39,245 bases of DNA from Nitrospirota bacterium (GCA_011620345.1 WOZJ01000057.1:62001-101245); one strand, 5' to 3'. Shown: positions 16,604-25,847, counted from the first letter of the stretch. The notes: a model not told the origin generated them from the sequence alone. Numbers and translations: made by a program.

Positions 16604-19211
16604 GAAAGGGTGGACATGGGCCGTTTTTTTAGGATGGATCCTGTTGATGAAGGGTAGTGTGGGCGCTCAAGAACTCGGGGGGCGGCTAAGCTTCGAGGAG
16701 GCCAAGTCCCGCTCCTCCTTGATCCGCAACGTTCGCTATGAGGTTTTTCTGGATCTAACGGATCCGGGAGAAGAATTTCTTTCCAGGACCAAGGTGACCT
16801 TCGAGGCCCTGAACGCCAACGAGGGAACGTTTATCGATTTTGCCGCCAAAAAGGTGAACGAAGCCACTTTGAACGGCTCTTCCTTACCGCTTGGGTCTTT
16901 TGGCGACTCTAGACTCAAGATTACTCCGGTTCAGGGGCAAAATGAGCTGTGGGTTGAGGGGGTCGTTCCCTACGAGCACACGGGGGTGGGGTTGCATAAG
17001 TTTGTCGACCCGACCGACGGCAACGTGTATTTGCACACCCAGTTCGAGCCCTTCGATGCCCATAGGGTTTACGCCTGCTTCGACCAGCCCGATATCAAGG
17101 CGACTTTTGTTTTTCGCGTACGTGCCCCGAAAGGATGGCGCGTCGTCTCCAACCAAAGCGCCCTGCAAGCGGCTTCAGAAGGGCAGGAAAGCCAGGAATG
17201 GGCCGATTGGAGCTTCGAGCCCACGCCCCTTATCTCTACGTACGTTACGGCGTTGATCGCGGGCCCGTATGCGGAGGTACGCTCGGAGCACCAGGGTCTT
17301 CCGCTTGCCCTGTACGTGCGTAGGTCTCTTGAGGCCTATCTCGACCCCGAAGAGATCTTCGCAATAACAAAATCGGGGTTGGATTTCTTTGGCGAGCGCT
17401 TCGGCATTCTGTATCCATTTTCAAAGTACGACCAAGCGTTCGTGCCCGAATTCAGCGCGGGTGCCATGGAGAACGCCGGCCTCGTTACGTTCAACGAGCG
17501 CTACGTCTTTCGCTCGAAGGTAAGCGAGGCCTCAAGAGAAGGCAGGGCCAACACCATCCTGCACGAGATGGCCCATATGTGGTTCGGGGATTTGGTAACG
17601 ATGCGCTGGTGGGACGATCTTTGGCTGAACGAGAGCTTTGCCGACTTCATGGCAAGCTATGCGCTTAAGGGGGCAACACGCTTTAAGAACGCCTGGGCCC
17701 ATTTTGCCAACACGGAGAAGGCCCAAGCGCTCCTCCAAGATCAGATGAGCACGACGCACCCGATTGTGGCCCACTACCCGGACACCGAGAGCGTACGTCT
17801 CGGGTTTGACGCGATCACCTACCAAAAAGGTGCTAGCGCCCTAAAACAGCTTATGGCCTACGTTGAGGAGGAGGCTTTCTTTTCGGGACTCAAGCGCTAT
17901 CTTCAGGCGCATGCCCTTGGAAACGCCGAGCTTGCTGATTTTCTGGCCGCGCTTGAACAGGCCTCGGGCAGGGACTTGGGGGGGTGGGCTAGAGCCTGGT
18001 TGCAAACCCCCGGCGCGAACACGATCACCCCGGTTGTCGCTTACCACTCGGACAAGATCGATAGTGTAGCCCTAAGACAAGGTGCGCCTGCAGATCACCC
18101 GACGCTTAGGCCACATCGGTTAGGGGTTGGCCTGTACGCAAAGGTGGGCGGGCGCATGGTGCGGTCTCATGGCCTCATAAAAGACATCGAAGGAAAGAAC
18201 ACCCCCATTCCCGAGCTTGCTTCAGAACAAACCCCGGAAATCCTTCTGCCGAACGATGAGGACCTTACCTATGCCAAGATCCGGCTGGACCCAAAGAGCA
18301 GCAAAGCGGCCGAAAAGAGCCTAAGGCTCATTGAAGACCCTCTTGCGAGGGTGCTCCTTTGGGGGTGCTTTTGGGACATGACGCTCGATGCAGAGTATCC
18401 AACGAGCAGCTGGCTCAAGCTTTTCTACGGCCACGTTCGCTCCGAACCCGACCCTATGGTGCTCGATGCTCTTTTGAGGAGATCTGAGGACGCGCTCCTG
18501 CGCTTTACCGCCGTTGCACGCAGGGGAGAGTCCTGGGCAAGGTTTGCAAGGTTTGCAAAGGAGCGGATGGGGCTTAGCCAGCCCGGCTCCGACCAGCAGC
18601 TTAGCTGGGCCAAGGCGTTTTTTGACACGGCGTACGAAAAGGACCAGCTTTTGCTCATTAAGGGGTTGCTTGATGGAACCGAGCAGATTCCAGGGCTAAC
18701 GATGGATTTTGACCGGCGTTGGCAGGCGATTCTTACCCTTGCCAAGCGGGGGGAAGCGACTAAGAAGTCGATCCAAGAAGAGCTCGAGAAAGACCCAACG
18801 GATATGGGGCAACGGAATGCGGCCCAGGCACGAGCCGCTCTTCCTACTCCAGAGGCCAAGGCATTGGCTTGGAAAGAGGCTACGCAGAACCCTAATATCC
18901 CGTTAAAGACGAGGGAAGCGCTGGCCCTTGGGTTTTGGCAGCCATTCCAGGAGGACGTGCTCGCTCCCTACGCGACGCGTTACTTTGAGGAAGTTCCGAG
19001 CTTCTGGCAAAAGTTCGGGCCCGATGAGGCAATTGTTCTAACGAGAAGGCTTTTCCCCCGATTGTTCGTCAAAGAGGATGTTCTTCAAGCAGCCGAAAGG
19101 CTCCTTCAAGACTCAAAGCTTTCCTATGAGGCAAGGAGAATCTTGATGGAAGGCAAAGACGAGATCCGAAGGGCGCTTAAGGCCATGGCTTGCGACGAAC
19201 GGTCGTTATAA
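16587..19211 (+). CDS. pepN: Aminopeptidase N (M1 family, actinobacterial-type) with N-terminal signal peptide
   Basis: TQFEPFDAHRVYACFDQPD, GAMEN, HEMAH-x18-E (WLNESFA), YQKGAS; ERAP1-like C-terminal domain. Confidence 0.93.
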   Translation: MGGLGRKGWTWAVFLGWILLMKGSVGAQELGGRLSFEEAKSRSSLIRNVRYEVFLDLTDPGEEFLSRTKVTFEALNANEGTFIDFAAKKVNEATLNGSSLPLGSFGDSRLKITPVQGQNELWVEGVVPYEHTGVGLHKFVDPTDGNVYLHTQFEPFDAHRVYACFDQPDIKATFVFRVRAPKGWRVVSNQSALQAASEGQESQEWADWSFEPTPLISTYVTALIAGPYAEVRSEHQGLPLALYVRRSLEAYLDPEEIFAITKSGLDFFGERFGILYPFSKYDQAFVPEFSAGAMENAGLVTFNERYVFRSKVSEASREGRANTILHEMAHMWFGDLVTMRWWDDLWLNESFADFMASYALKGATRFKNAWAHFANTEKAQALLQDQMSTTHPIVAHYPDTESVRLGFDAITYQKGASALKQLMAYVEEEAFFSGLKRYLQAHALGNAELADFLAALEQASGRDLGGWARAWLQTPGANTITPVVAYHSDKIDSVALRQGAPADHPTLRPHRLGVGLYAKVGGRMVRSHGLIKDIEGKNTPIPELASEQTPEILLPNDEDLTYAKIRLDPKSSKAAEKSLRLIEDPLARVLLWGCFWDMTLDAEYPTSSWLKLFYGHVRSEPDPMVLDALLRRSEDALLRFTAVARRGESWARFARFAKERMGLSQPGSDQQLSWAKAFFDTAYEKDQLLLIKGLLDGTEQIPGLTMDFDRRWQAILTLAKRGEATKKSIQEELEKDPTDMGQRNAAQARAALPTPEAKALAWKEATQNPNIPLKTREALALGFWQPFQEDVLAPYATRYFEEVPSFWQKFGPDEAIVLTRRLFPRLFVKEDVLQAAERLLQDSKLSYEARRILMEGKDEIRRALKAMACDERSL

Positions 19212-20630
19212 ATAGAGGTGCTCAAAAGGCTCCCCAAGGAATACAGGGATTTTGCCCTCGAACGTTGGAGCCCCGAACATTCGAAACAGGTTCTCCTCTT
19301 TTGTGCTGCAGAGCTCCGCTCCAAACGTCTCCAAAGGGATGCCGTAGGTCTTTGCAAGGAGGCTCGCCGATGCTGTGCCTTTGGATAGACGCCCTTGAGC
19401 GCCCTGGAGGATGCCCGCATGGACGCCGGCCACCATACCCGCCTCGAAGAAGAACCCGGCCATCAAATCGCAGGCCAAGTAGACCTCCAGGCCTTCTTGG
19501 CCAAGGCGGCCGGCAAGCGTAATCCCCCCCAATGCCGGGAGGTCTTCGAGGACCAAAACGGGCCTTTCGACCGCCCGAAGGCGTTGGATTAAGTGATCCG
19601 TCTCGTCTTTTGCCGGATGGCCGACCACGAGGCTGAAGGCGCTCGGGATGCGTTTATTTGCTTGCACCTCGATACGGAAAGGCGTTAGGCTGTCATCGCG
19701 CATGACCGGCAAAGGATCGTAAACGCCAAAAAACCCTATGCGTTTGGCGATAAGATGCCTTGGGACCACGTCGAAGGATGGGTACAGGTACGCTACCGGT
19801 ACGGTCAATTTTGGGGGTTCGGCCTCTTTCGGGTCCCGGAACTCAATCGGAAGCGGAACGGGGAGGGTCTTGTCTGCCCCCATCTCCTGGACGAGCGCGA
19901 ATAGGGGCACGTGGAACGCCTTGGCGAGGAACGCAACCGTGTACGAGCCAACCTTGTTGAGGATGTCCCCTTGCTGGCTTGACCTGTCCGAGCCGATCAC
20001 GACCAGGTTCACCTTCCCCCCCGCAAGGGTTTGCAGTACGGCGTTGTCCGCCACGAGCTCGGTCTCGATTTCTAGCGAGAGAAACTCCGGAGCACTAAGA
20101 CGGACACCTTGGCCGTAGGGGCGCGTGAGCGTCGGGTATGCCTTGACCCGTTTTCCTGCCTCTTTAGCGATCGCCAGTGCCAACCCGAGCTCCCCGCTGA
20201 CATGGCAATGGGTCAAAAGGTATGCTGGGTCCGGGAGGAGCTTTGCAAGCCTTTCTGCGCGCGTACGCCTGAGCTTGAGCGTGGTTTGGATGAACGAAAG
20301 GGCACCCTCGGAAATGCCCATGCCTGGCGGTGCATTGGAGAGAATCTGCCTTCCAATCCCATCAAACGGAAATGTCGGCCTTGCGCTTGTAAACGCCTGG
20401 ATAACCTGCTCTGGGCTGAACCCCTCCCGCTCGCCAAGGATAAGCCCGTAGGCCAGGGCGAGTACTTGCCCGAACGCTCGAGTTTGCATTCGTTCTACGG
20501 CCTGGAGGAGTCCTCGCAGCCCTTCGATCGAAACCCAGGACTCCTCCTCGGGTAGACGGGTTTCGTCTAGCAAGCGGAGCTGTTTTCCGTCGAATCGGAC
20601 GGGCTCGAACAGTGCCGGTGTCTTCGGCAT
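19206..20630 (-). CDS. Divergent MtnA/IF-2B-family sugar-phosphate isomerase-like protein with a second degenerate IF-2B C-terminal domain
   Basis: LDETRLP, ARPT, LTHC, TRPYGQGVRL, GSDR..GDILNKVGSY, IEFRD, FDVVP; about 150 extra C-terminal residues repeat the Rossmann-like pattern. Confidence 0.75.
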   Translation of the reverse strand: MPKTPALFEPVRFDGKQLRLLDETRLPEEESWVSIEGLRGLLQAVERMQTRAFGQVLALAYGLILGEREGFSPEQVIQAFTSARPTFPFDGIGRQILSNAPPGMGISEGALSFIQTTLKLRRTRAERLAKLLPDPAYLLTHCHVSGELGLALAIAKEAGKRVKAYPTLTRPYGQGVRLSAPEFLSLEIETELVADNAVLQTLAGGKVNLVVIGSDRSSQQGDILNKVGSYTVAFLAKAFHVPLFALVQEMGADKTLPVPLPIEFRDPKEAEPPKLTVPVAYLYPSFDVVPRHLIAKRIGFFGVYDPLPVMRDDSLTPFRIEVQANKRIPSAFSLVVGHPAKDETDHLIQRLRAVERPVLVLEDLPALGGITLAGRLGQEGLEVYLACDLMAGFFFEAGMVAGVHAGILQGAQGRLSKGTASASLLAKTYGIPLETFGAELCSTKEENLFRMFGAPTFEGKIPVFLGEPFEHLYL

Positions 20631-20650
20631 ATGGCTTCCTTCGTTTTGCG

Positions 20651-21097
20651 TTAATGAATGATCAAGACGCTGCAGGGGGCCTTATGGTTAATTCCATCCG
20701 AGACGCTACCTATGAGGTGGCTTGTCATTTCGGACAGGCCTCTGGATCCGATCACGATCAAATCGACCTCTTTGCCTTTAGCAAGCCGCACAATGGCTTG
20801 GGTAGGCGCTCCCTTCTCGAGGTGGTAGGCCGCCTGCACGCCCTTTTCTTCTAAAAAGGCCCTGTCTTTTTCCAGAACCCCCTTTCCCCAGGCAACAAGC
20901 CCGCTAGAGTACCGCTTTAGGATCTCGCGGGAATCCTCGTCTTTGAAGATTTCCGTTTTTTTGAGATCGTCCGGGATATCGGCCACGCAGACGACAGATA
21001 CCTTGCATCCGAAGACCTCATGCAAATGGCAAGCCGTTTCTCTGGCCTTGTTGGCACACCGAGACCCGTCCGAGCAAAAAAGCAGGTGTTTGACCAT
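20651..21097 (-). CDS. Universal stress protein (UspA family)
   Basis: LFCSDGS, G.P..AIV, DLIVIGSRG......IGSVS......APCSVLII; AGGAGG RBS. Confidence 0.93.
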   Translation of the reverse strand: MVKHLLFCSDGSRCANKARETACHLHEVFGCKVSVVCVADIPDDLKKTEIFKDEDSREILKRYSSGLVAWGKGVLEKDRAFLEEKGVQAAYHLEKGAPTQAIVRLAKGKEVDLIVIGSRGLSEMTSHLIGSVSDGINHKAPCSVLIIH

Positions 21098-21208
21098 CCT
21101 GAACCCTCCTTCTTGATAAACCGCTTAACGATAGGCTAAGGTACTTTATAAAGAATCGCAACACCCTGCGATAAGAACCCAAACGGAACCTTCGTAGGCT
21201 AAACAAGC

Positions 21209-22189
21209 TTGTCAGATCCCACTTGTCTTTCTCTGAGCGTTGTCATCCCCATAAAGGATGAAGAGGCGAACCTTAAGGCTTTGCACGAGCGTTTGAGCGT
21301 GGTGCTTGGCCATATGGCCAAGCCTTATGAAATTTTGTATATTGACGACGGGAGCGAGGATGGGAGCTTCGCGCTTCTCAAGGCGATCCATGAAGCCGAC
21401 AGGCGCGTAACGGTTGTTCGGTTACGCAAGAACTTCGGCCAGAGTGCCGCCCTTCAGTCTGGTTTTAATGAGGCTAAGGGTGAGCTTATAGTGACGATGG
21501 ATGCAGACCTCCAAAACGACCCTCAAGACATACCAAAAGTTTTGGAGGTACTAGAGCACACCGGGTGCGATGTGGTGAGTGGGGTTCGTTCGAAGCGAAA
21601 AGACCGTTTTTTGACAAGAAAGCTGCCATCTAGGATAGCCAACTGGCTGATTTCCAAAGCTACGGGCGTTCCGGTTCGTGACCTTGGCTGTTCGCTCAAG
21701 GCCTACAAAAGGGAGGTTATTCAGGAAATCCTCGTCTACGGAGAGCTTCACAGGTTCCTGCCCGTTTTGTGCGCGCTTTCCGGCGCGAAGATTCAAGAAG
21801 TCGAGGTAGGACATCACCCAAGGCATGCCGGGAAGAGCAAGTACGGGCTCAACCGTGTGCTCAAGGTGCTTGTCGACCTGCTAGTCCTCCTTTATATACA
21901 ATCGTTCGCCACAAGGCCTCTCCATTTCTTCGGGGTTGCCGGGTTTGTAATGGTACTTTCCGGGCTGGCGATCGATTCGGGGCTTGCCGTTTACAAGATT
22001 CTCTGGAATGCCGACATCGGCAATAGACCGCTCCTTCTGTTCGGGGTCCTTTTGATTCTTAGCGGCCTTCAGGTTTTTCTTCTTGGAATCGTTGCCGAAC
22101 TTTTCCTAAGGAGCCAACTTCTCAGCTCCGGGAAACGCCCCTATGCCGTCCGAAATATCCTCCGTGCAGCCCAAGATACGCTCGGCTAG
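21209..22189 (+). CDS. GT2 polyprenol-phosphate glycosyltransferase (ArnC/GtrB/DPM1-like) with two C-terminal TM helices
   Basis: LSVVIP, IDDGSEDGS, LRKNFGQSAA, MDADLQNDP, DLGCSLKAY, YGELHRFLP, GKSKY. Confidence 0.9.
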   Translation: MSDPTCLSLSVVIPIKDEEANLKALHERLSVVLGHMAKPYEILYIDDGSEDGSFALLKAIHEADRRVTVVRLRKNFGQSAALQSGFNEAKGELIVTMDADLQNDPQDIPKVLEVLEHTGCDVVSGVRSKRKDRFLTRKLPSRIANWLISKATGVPVRDLGCSLKAYKREVIQEILVYGELHRFLPVLCALSGAKIQEVEVGHHPRHAGKSKYGLNRVLKVLVDLLVLLYIQSFATRPLHFFGVAGFVMVLSGLAIDSGLAVYKILWNADIGNRPLLLFGVLLILSGLQVFLLGIVAELFLRSQLLSSGKRPYAVRNILRAAQDTLG

Positions 22190-23138
22190 GCCTAGGTATC
22201 GGGGCCTGACCCGCTTTGCGGCGCGGTTCGGGGTGAGCCTTCTGCTTGTCTGGTTGCTCTTTAAGAGTGTGCCCGTTTTGGATGCGCTCGATTTGCTTAA
22301 GCCTAGAGTGATTCCTTTCATTGCGGCTTCCTTGCTAATGTACCTCGCCGCCCAGGCCTTGTGCGCGTTAAAATGGAAGATCATCGCGGAATCACTCCTG
22401 CCAGGCATCCGGTACGGGCTTGGTTTGTACGTGATTCTTTATTACATCGGGATGTTCTTTTCGATGTTTCTTCCCACAACAGTCGGCGGAGACGTTGCCA
22501 GGGTGTGGTATTTTACTGCAAGGACGGGCAAGCTCAAAGAAAGTGCGGCAAGCGTGTTCCTAGAAAGGGCCACGGGAGGGTTTGGGCTTTTGTCCGTTTT
22601 GGGCGTTGCATACCTTCTGACGGACGCCGAGGTGCTGGCCTCGCTCCCTTGGGTAGGGGGGTTCTTGCAAAACAAGGCCATGGCTGTCCTGGTGTGCATA
22701 CTAGGCGTCGTCGGGGTTCTTGTGTTCGGGCTTTTGGGCAAACGTCTTCGTTGGCTTGAGGTGATGCCCAGCTCCTTAGCCCCGCTTCTTTGGGCCTACG
22801 CCTTTTCCCTCGTCTTTTACGCGGGGTTCGGGTTTGCCCATTACCTCTTGGGGGTTGGGCTCGGGTTGCACGTGGGCTTTTTGTACTACGTGTTCTTTGT
22901 AGCCCTTGTTTCGTTGGTGAGCATGTTGCCCGTGACCGTCTCTGGAATTGGCCTTCGAGAGGGTGGATACGTGCTTTGTCTTCGGGCCGCGGGAGTTCCG
23001 CTGAATAGCGCGACGGCGTTGAGCCTGCTTTGGTTGCTGGTCTTGTTGCTCGGATCTTCTATAGGAGGCATCTTTTACCTTGTTGGGATTGGAAGAACGG
23101 AAGACGGGAGAATTGAGGATGGCCTTCGGCGGCGATAA
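22143..23138 (+). CDS. Lysylphosphatidylglycerol-synthase TM / flippase-like (UPF0104) membrane protein
   Basis: KWK, FFSMFLPTTVGGDVAR, SVFLER, LPVTVSGIGLREG; multiple TM segments; exact start uncertain. Confidence 0.85.
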   Translation: MPSEISSVQPKIRSARPRYRGLTRFAARFGVSLLLVWLLFKSVPVLDALDLLKPRVIPFIAASLLMYLAAQALCALKWKIIAESLLPGIRYGLGLYVILYYIGMFFSMFLPTTVGGDVARVWYFTARTGKLKESAASVFLERATGGFGLLSVLGVAYLLTDAEVLASLPWVGGFLQNKAMAVLVCILGVVGVLVFGLLGKRLRWLEVMPSSLAPLLWAYAFSLVFYAGFGFAHYLLGVGLGLHVGFLYYVFFVALVSLVSMLPVTVSGIGLREGGYVLCLRAAGVPLNSATALSLLWLLVLLLGSSIGGIFYLVGIGRTEDGRIEDGLRRR

Positions 23139-24135
23139 CGCGCCGATTTCAAACAAGGCATGGACGCTCGTAACGGGTGGGCTTGGTTTTATCGGTTCGC
23201 ACCTTGTCGAGAGCTTGCTAGGCGACGGTGTTCCAGTGCTCGTTCTAGACAATTTAGACAAAAGCACCTATAACCCGATGCTTAGGCTGGAAAACCTATC
23301 GATATTATCGAAGGTTGGCAGATCTAAGGGGGCGGCGTTCCGGTTTATACTCGGTGATACGCGCAACCGGACTCTTATTAAGACGATATTCTCCGCCAAT
23401 CCAATTGGTTGCATCGTAGATTTGGCTGCAAGGGCAGGGGTCCGGCCTTCCCTCCTCGACCCTGTGGGGTACATTCAGGCCAACGTAGAGGGGCTTGTAA
23501 GCCTTCTTGCAGAGGCGAAGGAAGCCGGTGTCCGTCAGATCGTTTACATTTCCTCGTCCTCGGTCTACGGCAATAAGCCAGGCCGTTTTTTTGAGGACGA
23601 TTCCGAGCTCGACCCAAGCTCTCCCTACGGCATGAGCAAGCTTATGGCAGAGCGTTTTCTTGCCCTCTACGCTCGCCTTTACGACCTATCCGGTATCGTG
23701 CTTCGGCCTTTTACGGTTTACGGTCCTAGGCAGCGTCCAGAAATGGCCATTCATAAGTTCCTTAACCAACTTTTCCATGACCGTCCGCTCACCATCTTTG
23801 GGGATGGGAGCATGCGGCGTGATTTTACGCATGTCTTGGATATTGTTGCAGGAATTCGTAGAGCGATCGAGCTGTCCATCCAGCCGGGCGTTGTGCGAAC
23901 CTATAACCTTGGAACCTCGCATCCTGTTTCTTTGTTTGCCCTTATCGAGGCCCTAGAGGAGGCGACAAACAAGAAGGCCGATATTCGGCTCGTTCCCGCC
24001 CCTCCTAGCGAACTTTTTCAAACATGGGCCGACATCACAAAAGCACGGGAGCAGCTTGGGTATTGCCCAAAGATCGGGCTTCAAGAAGGATTGAGCGATT
24101 TTGTTCAGTGGTATAATAAACGCATAAAACCCTAA
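23119..24135 (+). CDS. NAD-dependent epimerase, UDP-glucuronate 4-epimerase-like
   Basis: TGGLGFIG, LAARAGVRPSL, SSSSVYG, YGMSK, FTVYGPRQRPEMA, RDFT; start at ATG 23119 behind GGGAG. Confidence 0.85.
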   Translation: MAFGGDNAPISNKAWTLVTGGLGFIGSHLVESLLGDGVPVLVLDNLDKSTYNPMLRLENLSILSKVGRSKGAAFRFILGDTRNRTLIKTIFSANPIGCIVDLAARAGVRPSLLDPVGYIQANVEGLVSLLAEAKEAGVRQIVYISSSSVYGNKPGRFFEDDSELDPSSPYGMSKLMAERFLALYARLYDLSGIVLRPFTVYGPRQRPEMAIHKFLNQLFHDRPLTIFGDGSMRRDFTHVLDIVAGIRRAIELSIQPGVVRTYNLGTSHPVSLFALIEALEEATNKKADIRLVPAPPSELFQTWADITKAREQLGYCPKIGLQEGLSDFVQWYNKRIKP

Positions 24136-24178
24136 AACGCCGCAGTGTTTTTCAAGAATTTAACGGAGGTTTTGAGGT

Positions 24179-24907
24179 ATGTTTATGCCTTTGCAGGGTT
24201 TTGAGGACGAGGCAGAGAGAGAGGATTCGGTTCGGGTTGTCCCCGTCATGTTCACGGCATCTTACGTGCTCTTTCCGGGCAGTACGGTCTCGATCATCAC
24301 CTCCCAGCCTTCGGATATCGCCATGGCAGAGCAAGCGCTCGAGCGGGGGGAGCAGGTCGGGATTCTGCTCAAAAAGACGCTCCCTAGCCTTGCCAAGAAC
24401 CTTGAGGAGGGCTGGTACGAAGTAGGGTGCCTTGGGATGGTCTCCCAAGTCAAGCTGCTCGAGGAGGCGAAGTACGCAATCACTTTCGTGGGCACTCAGC
24501 GCTTCCGCGTGCAGCGCGAAGTGGCAGATTATCCCTTCCCGATTTTTGTCGTACAGGTGCTCAACGATCGTCAGATTTCCGGCTATGTCCCAAGAATGCG
24601 CAAGTTAAGGACGCTTATGGAGGAGCTGTTTCTAGACATCTACAGGCTTTCCGAAGATCAAGAGGACCATGTCGAGTGGATTCTCGAGTTGCTTGACATG
24701 ACCTTCGAGCTAGACGAAGAAGACTTCATGAACGCAGCGTGTTCGAGCATGCCGATCAGCACGCTTGAAAAACAGATGTTACTGGAGTACTCGATGGCCC
24801 TAGAGCGTTTTGAGAAAGCGGCAGAAATCCTGGAGTTTGAGCATAAAAGAAGGCTTCTTGAAAGAGAGGTCCCTTTAGGGGTGCTCTCGTGGGACGCAGC
24901 CTTTTGA
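24179..24907 (+). CDS. Stand-alone LON peptidase substrate-binding domain protein
   Basis: VLFPG, VGCLG.V, Y.I.FVG.QRFRV, EKQMLLE....ER; no AAA+ or protease domain. Confidence 0.8.
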   Translation: MFMPLQGFEDEAEREDSVRVVPVMFTASYVLFPGSTVSIITSQPSDIAMAEQALERGEQVGILLKKTLPSLAKNLEEGWYEVGCLGMVSQVKLLEEAKYAITFVGTQRFRVQREVADYPFPIFVVQVLNDRQISGYVPRMRKLRTLMEELFLDIYRLSEDQEDHVEWILELLDMTFELDEEDFMNAACSSMPISTLEKQMLLEYSMALERFEKAAEILEFEHKRRLLEREVPLGVLSWDAAF

Positions 24908-24913
24908 GGGAAT

Positions 24914-24990
24914 TGGTAGCGGGGGGTGGATTTGAACCACCGACCTCCGGGTTATGAGCCCGGCGAGCTACCGGACTGCTCCACCCCGCG
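24914..24990 (-). tRNA. Initiator tRNA-fMet (anticodon CAT)
   Basis: CGCGGGG start with C1:U72 mismatch, anticodon arm CCGGG-CTCATAA-CCCGG with three G:C pairs, encoded CCA. Confidence 0.97.
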
Positions 24991-25011
24991 CCTTTGAAAG
25001 CATCTTTTCTA

Positions 25012-25040
25012 AGTATCCTCCTTTCAGGAAAGAAAGTCAA
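25012..25040 (-). promoter_or_regulatory. sigma70 promoter of tRNA-fMet
   Basis: TTGACT-N17-GATACT. Confidence 0.55.
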
Positions 25041-25055
25041 CTACTAGGAGGATTC

Positions 25056-25847
25056 ATGGAACGCTTTGCGTTAATCCTTGGCGTTTCGAGTGGGTTTGGG
25101 AAAGCCACCGCGCTTGAGCTGGCCAAAGGCGGGGTTTCGATATTCGGTGTACACCTCGACCGGAAAGGTGGCCTTGAGGTAGTCGAGAGGCTAAAGAGCG
25201 ACATTGAACGGGCTGGTGTTCGGGCGGTCTTCTTTAACGTCAACGCAGCGGACGACTCTAAGCGATCCTTAGTTATCGAAGAGATGACTCGTCTAAGGAA
25301 TGAATCCTTTTTTCGTTTGAGCGTTTTCCTTCATTCTCTTGCATTCGGTACGCTCAAGCCGGTTGTTGCAAAAAGCCCGAAAGAGCGAGTGAGTCGATCC
25401 CAACTTGAGATGACGATCGATGTCATGGCCAATAGCTTTCTTTACTGGATGCAAGACCTCTATGGGGCGGGGTTCCTTGAGCAGGGTACCCAAGCGTACG
25501 CAATGACTTCGGCCGGAGGTACGCGGGTATGGCCGAGCTATGGGCCGGTGTCCGTTGCCAAGGCTGCCCTTGAGGCGCACGTAAGACAGCTTGCCTACGA
25601 ACTTATCCCAAGCGGAGTGTCCGTAAACGCCATTCTTGCCGGTGTTACCCGGACGCCGGCGCTCGAGAAGATCCCCGGGGCAGAGCAGATGGTCAACCTT
25701 GCCCTCGAGCGTTCGAGCGCAGGCAGGCTGACCGCCCCTGAAGATGTAGGACGTTTGATCGCGACGGTCGCACTCTCTCCTTTCGACAATACCTGGTGTA
25801 CGGGGAACACGATCCGCGTAGATGGGGGGGAAAACCTGGCCGGTTAG
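25056..25847 (+). CDS. SDR oxidoreductase, FabL-like enoyl-ACP reductase
   Basis: LILGVSSGFG, Y-x6-K (YGPVSVAK), VNAILAG.T.TPAL, TGNTIRVDGG; start trimmed to ATG 25056 behind AGGAGG. Confidence 0.8.
   Translation: MERFALILGVSSGFGKATALELAKGGVSIFGVHLDRKGGLEVVERLKSDIERAGVRAVFFNVNAADDSKRSLVIEEMTRLRNESFFRLSVFLHSLAFGTLKPVVAKSPKERVSRSQLEMTIDVMANSFLYWMQDLYGAGFLEQGTQAYAMTSAGGTRVWPSYGPVSVAKAALEAHVRQLAYELIPSGVSVNAILAGVTRTPALEKIPGAEQMVNLALERSSAGRLTAPEDVGRLIATVALSPFDNTWCTGNTIRVDGGENLAG

Noticed and set aside
24954-25055. Upstream extension of the SDR ORF
   Set aside because: Runs antisense through tRNA-fMet and its promoter; AGGAGG supports ATG 25056
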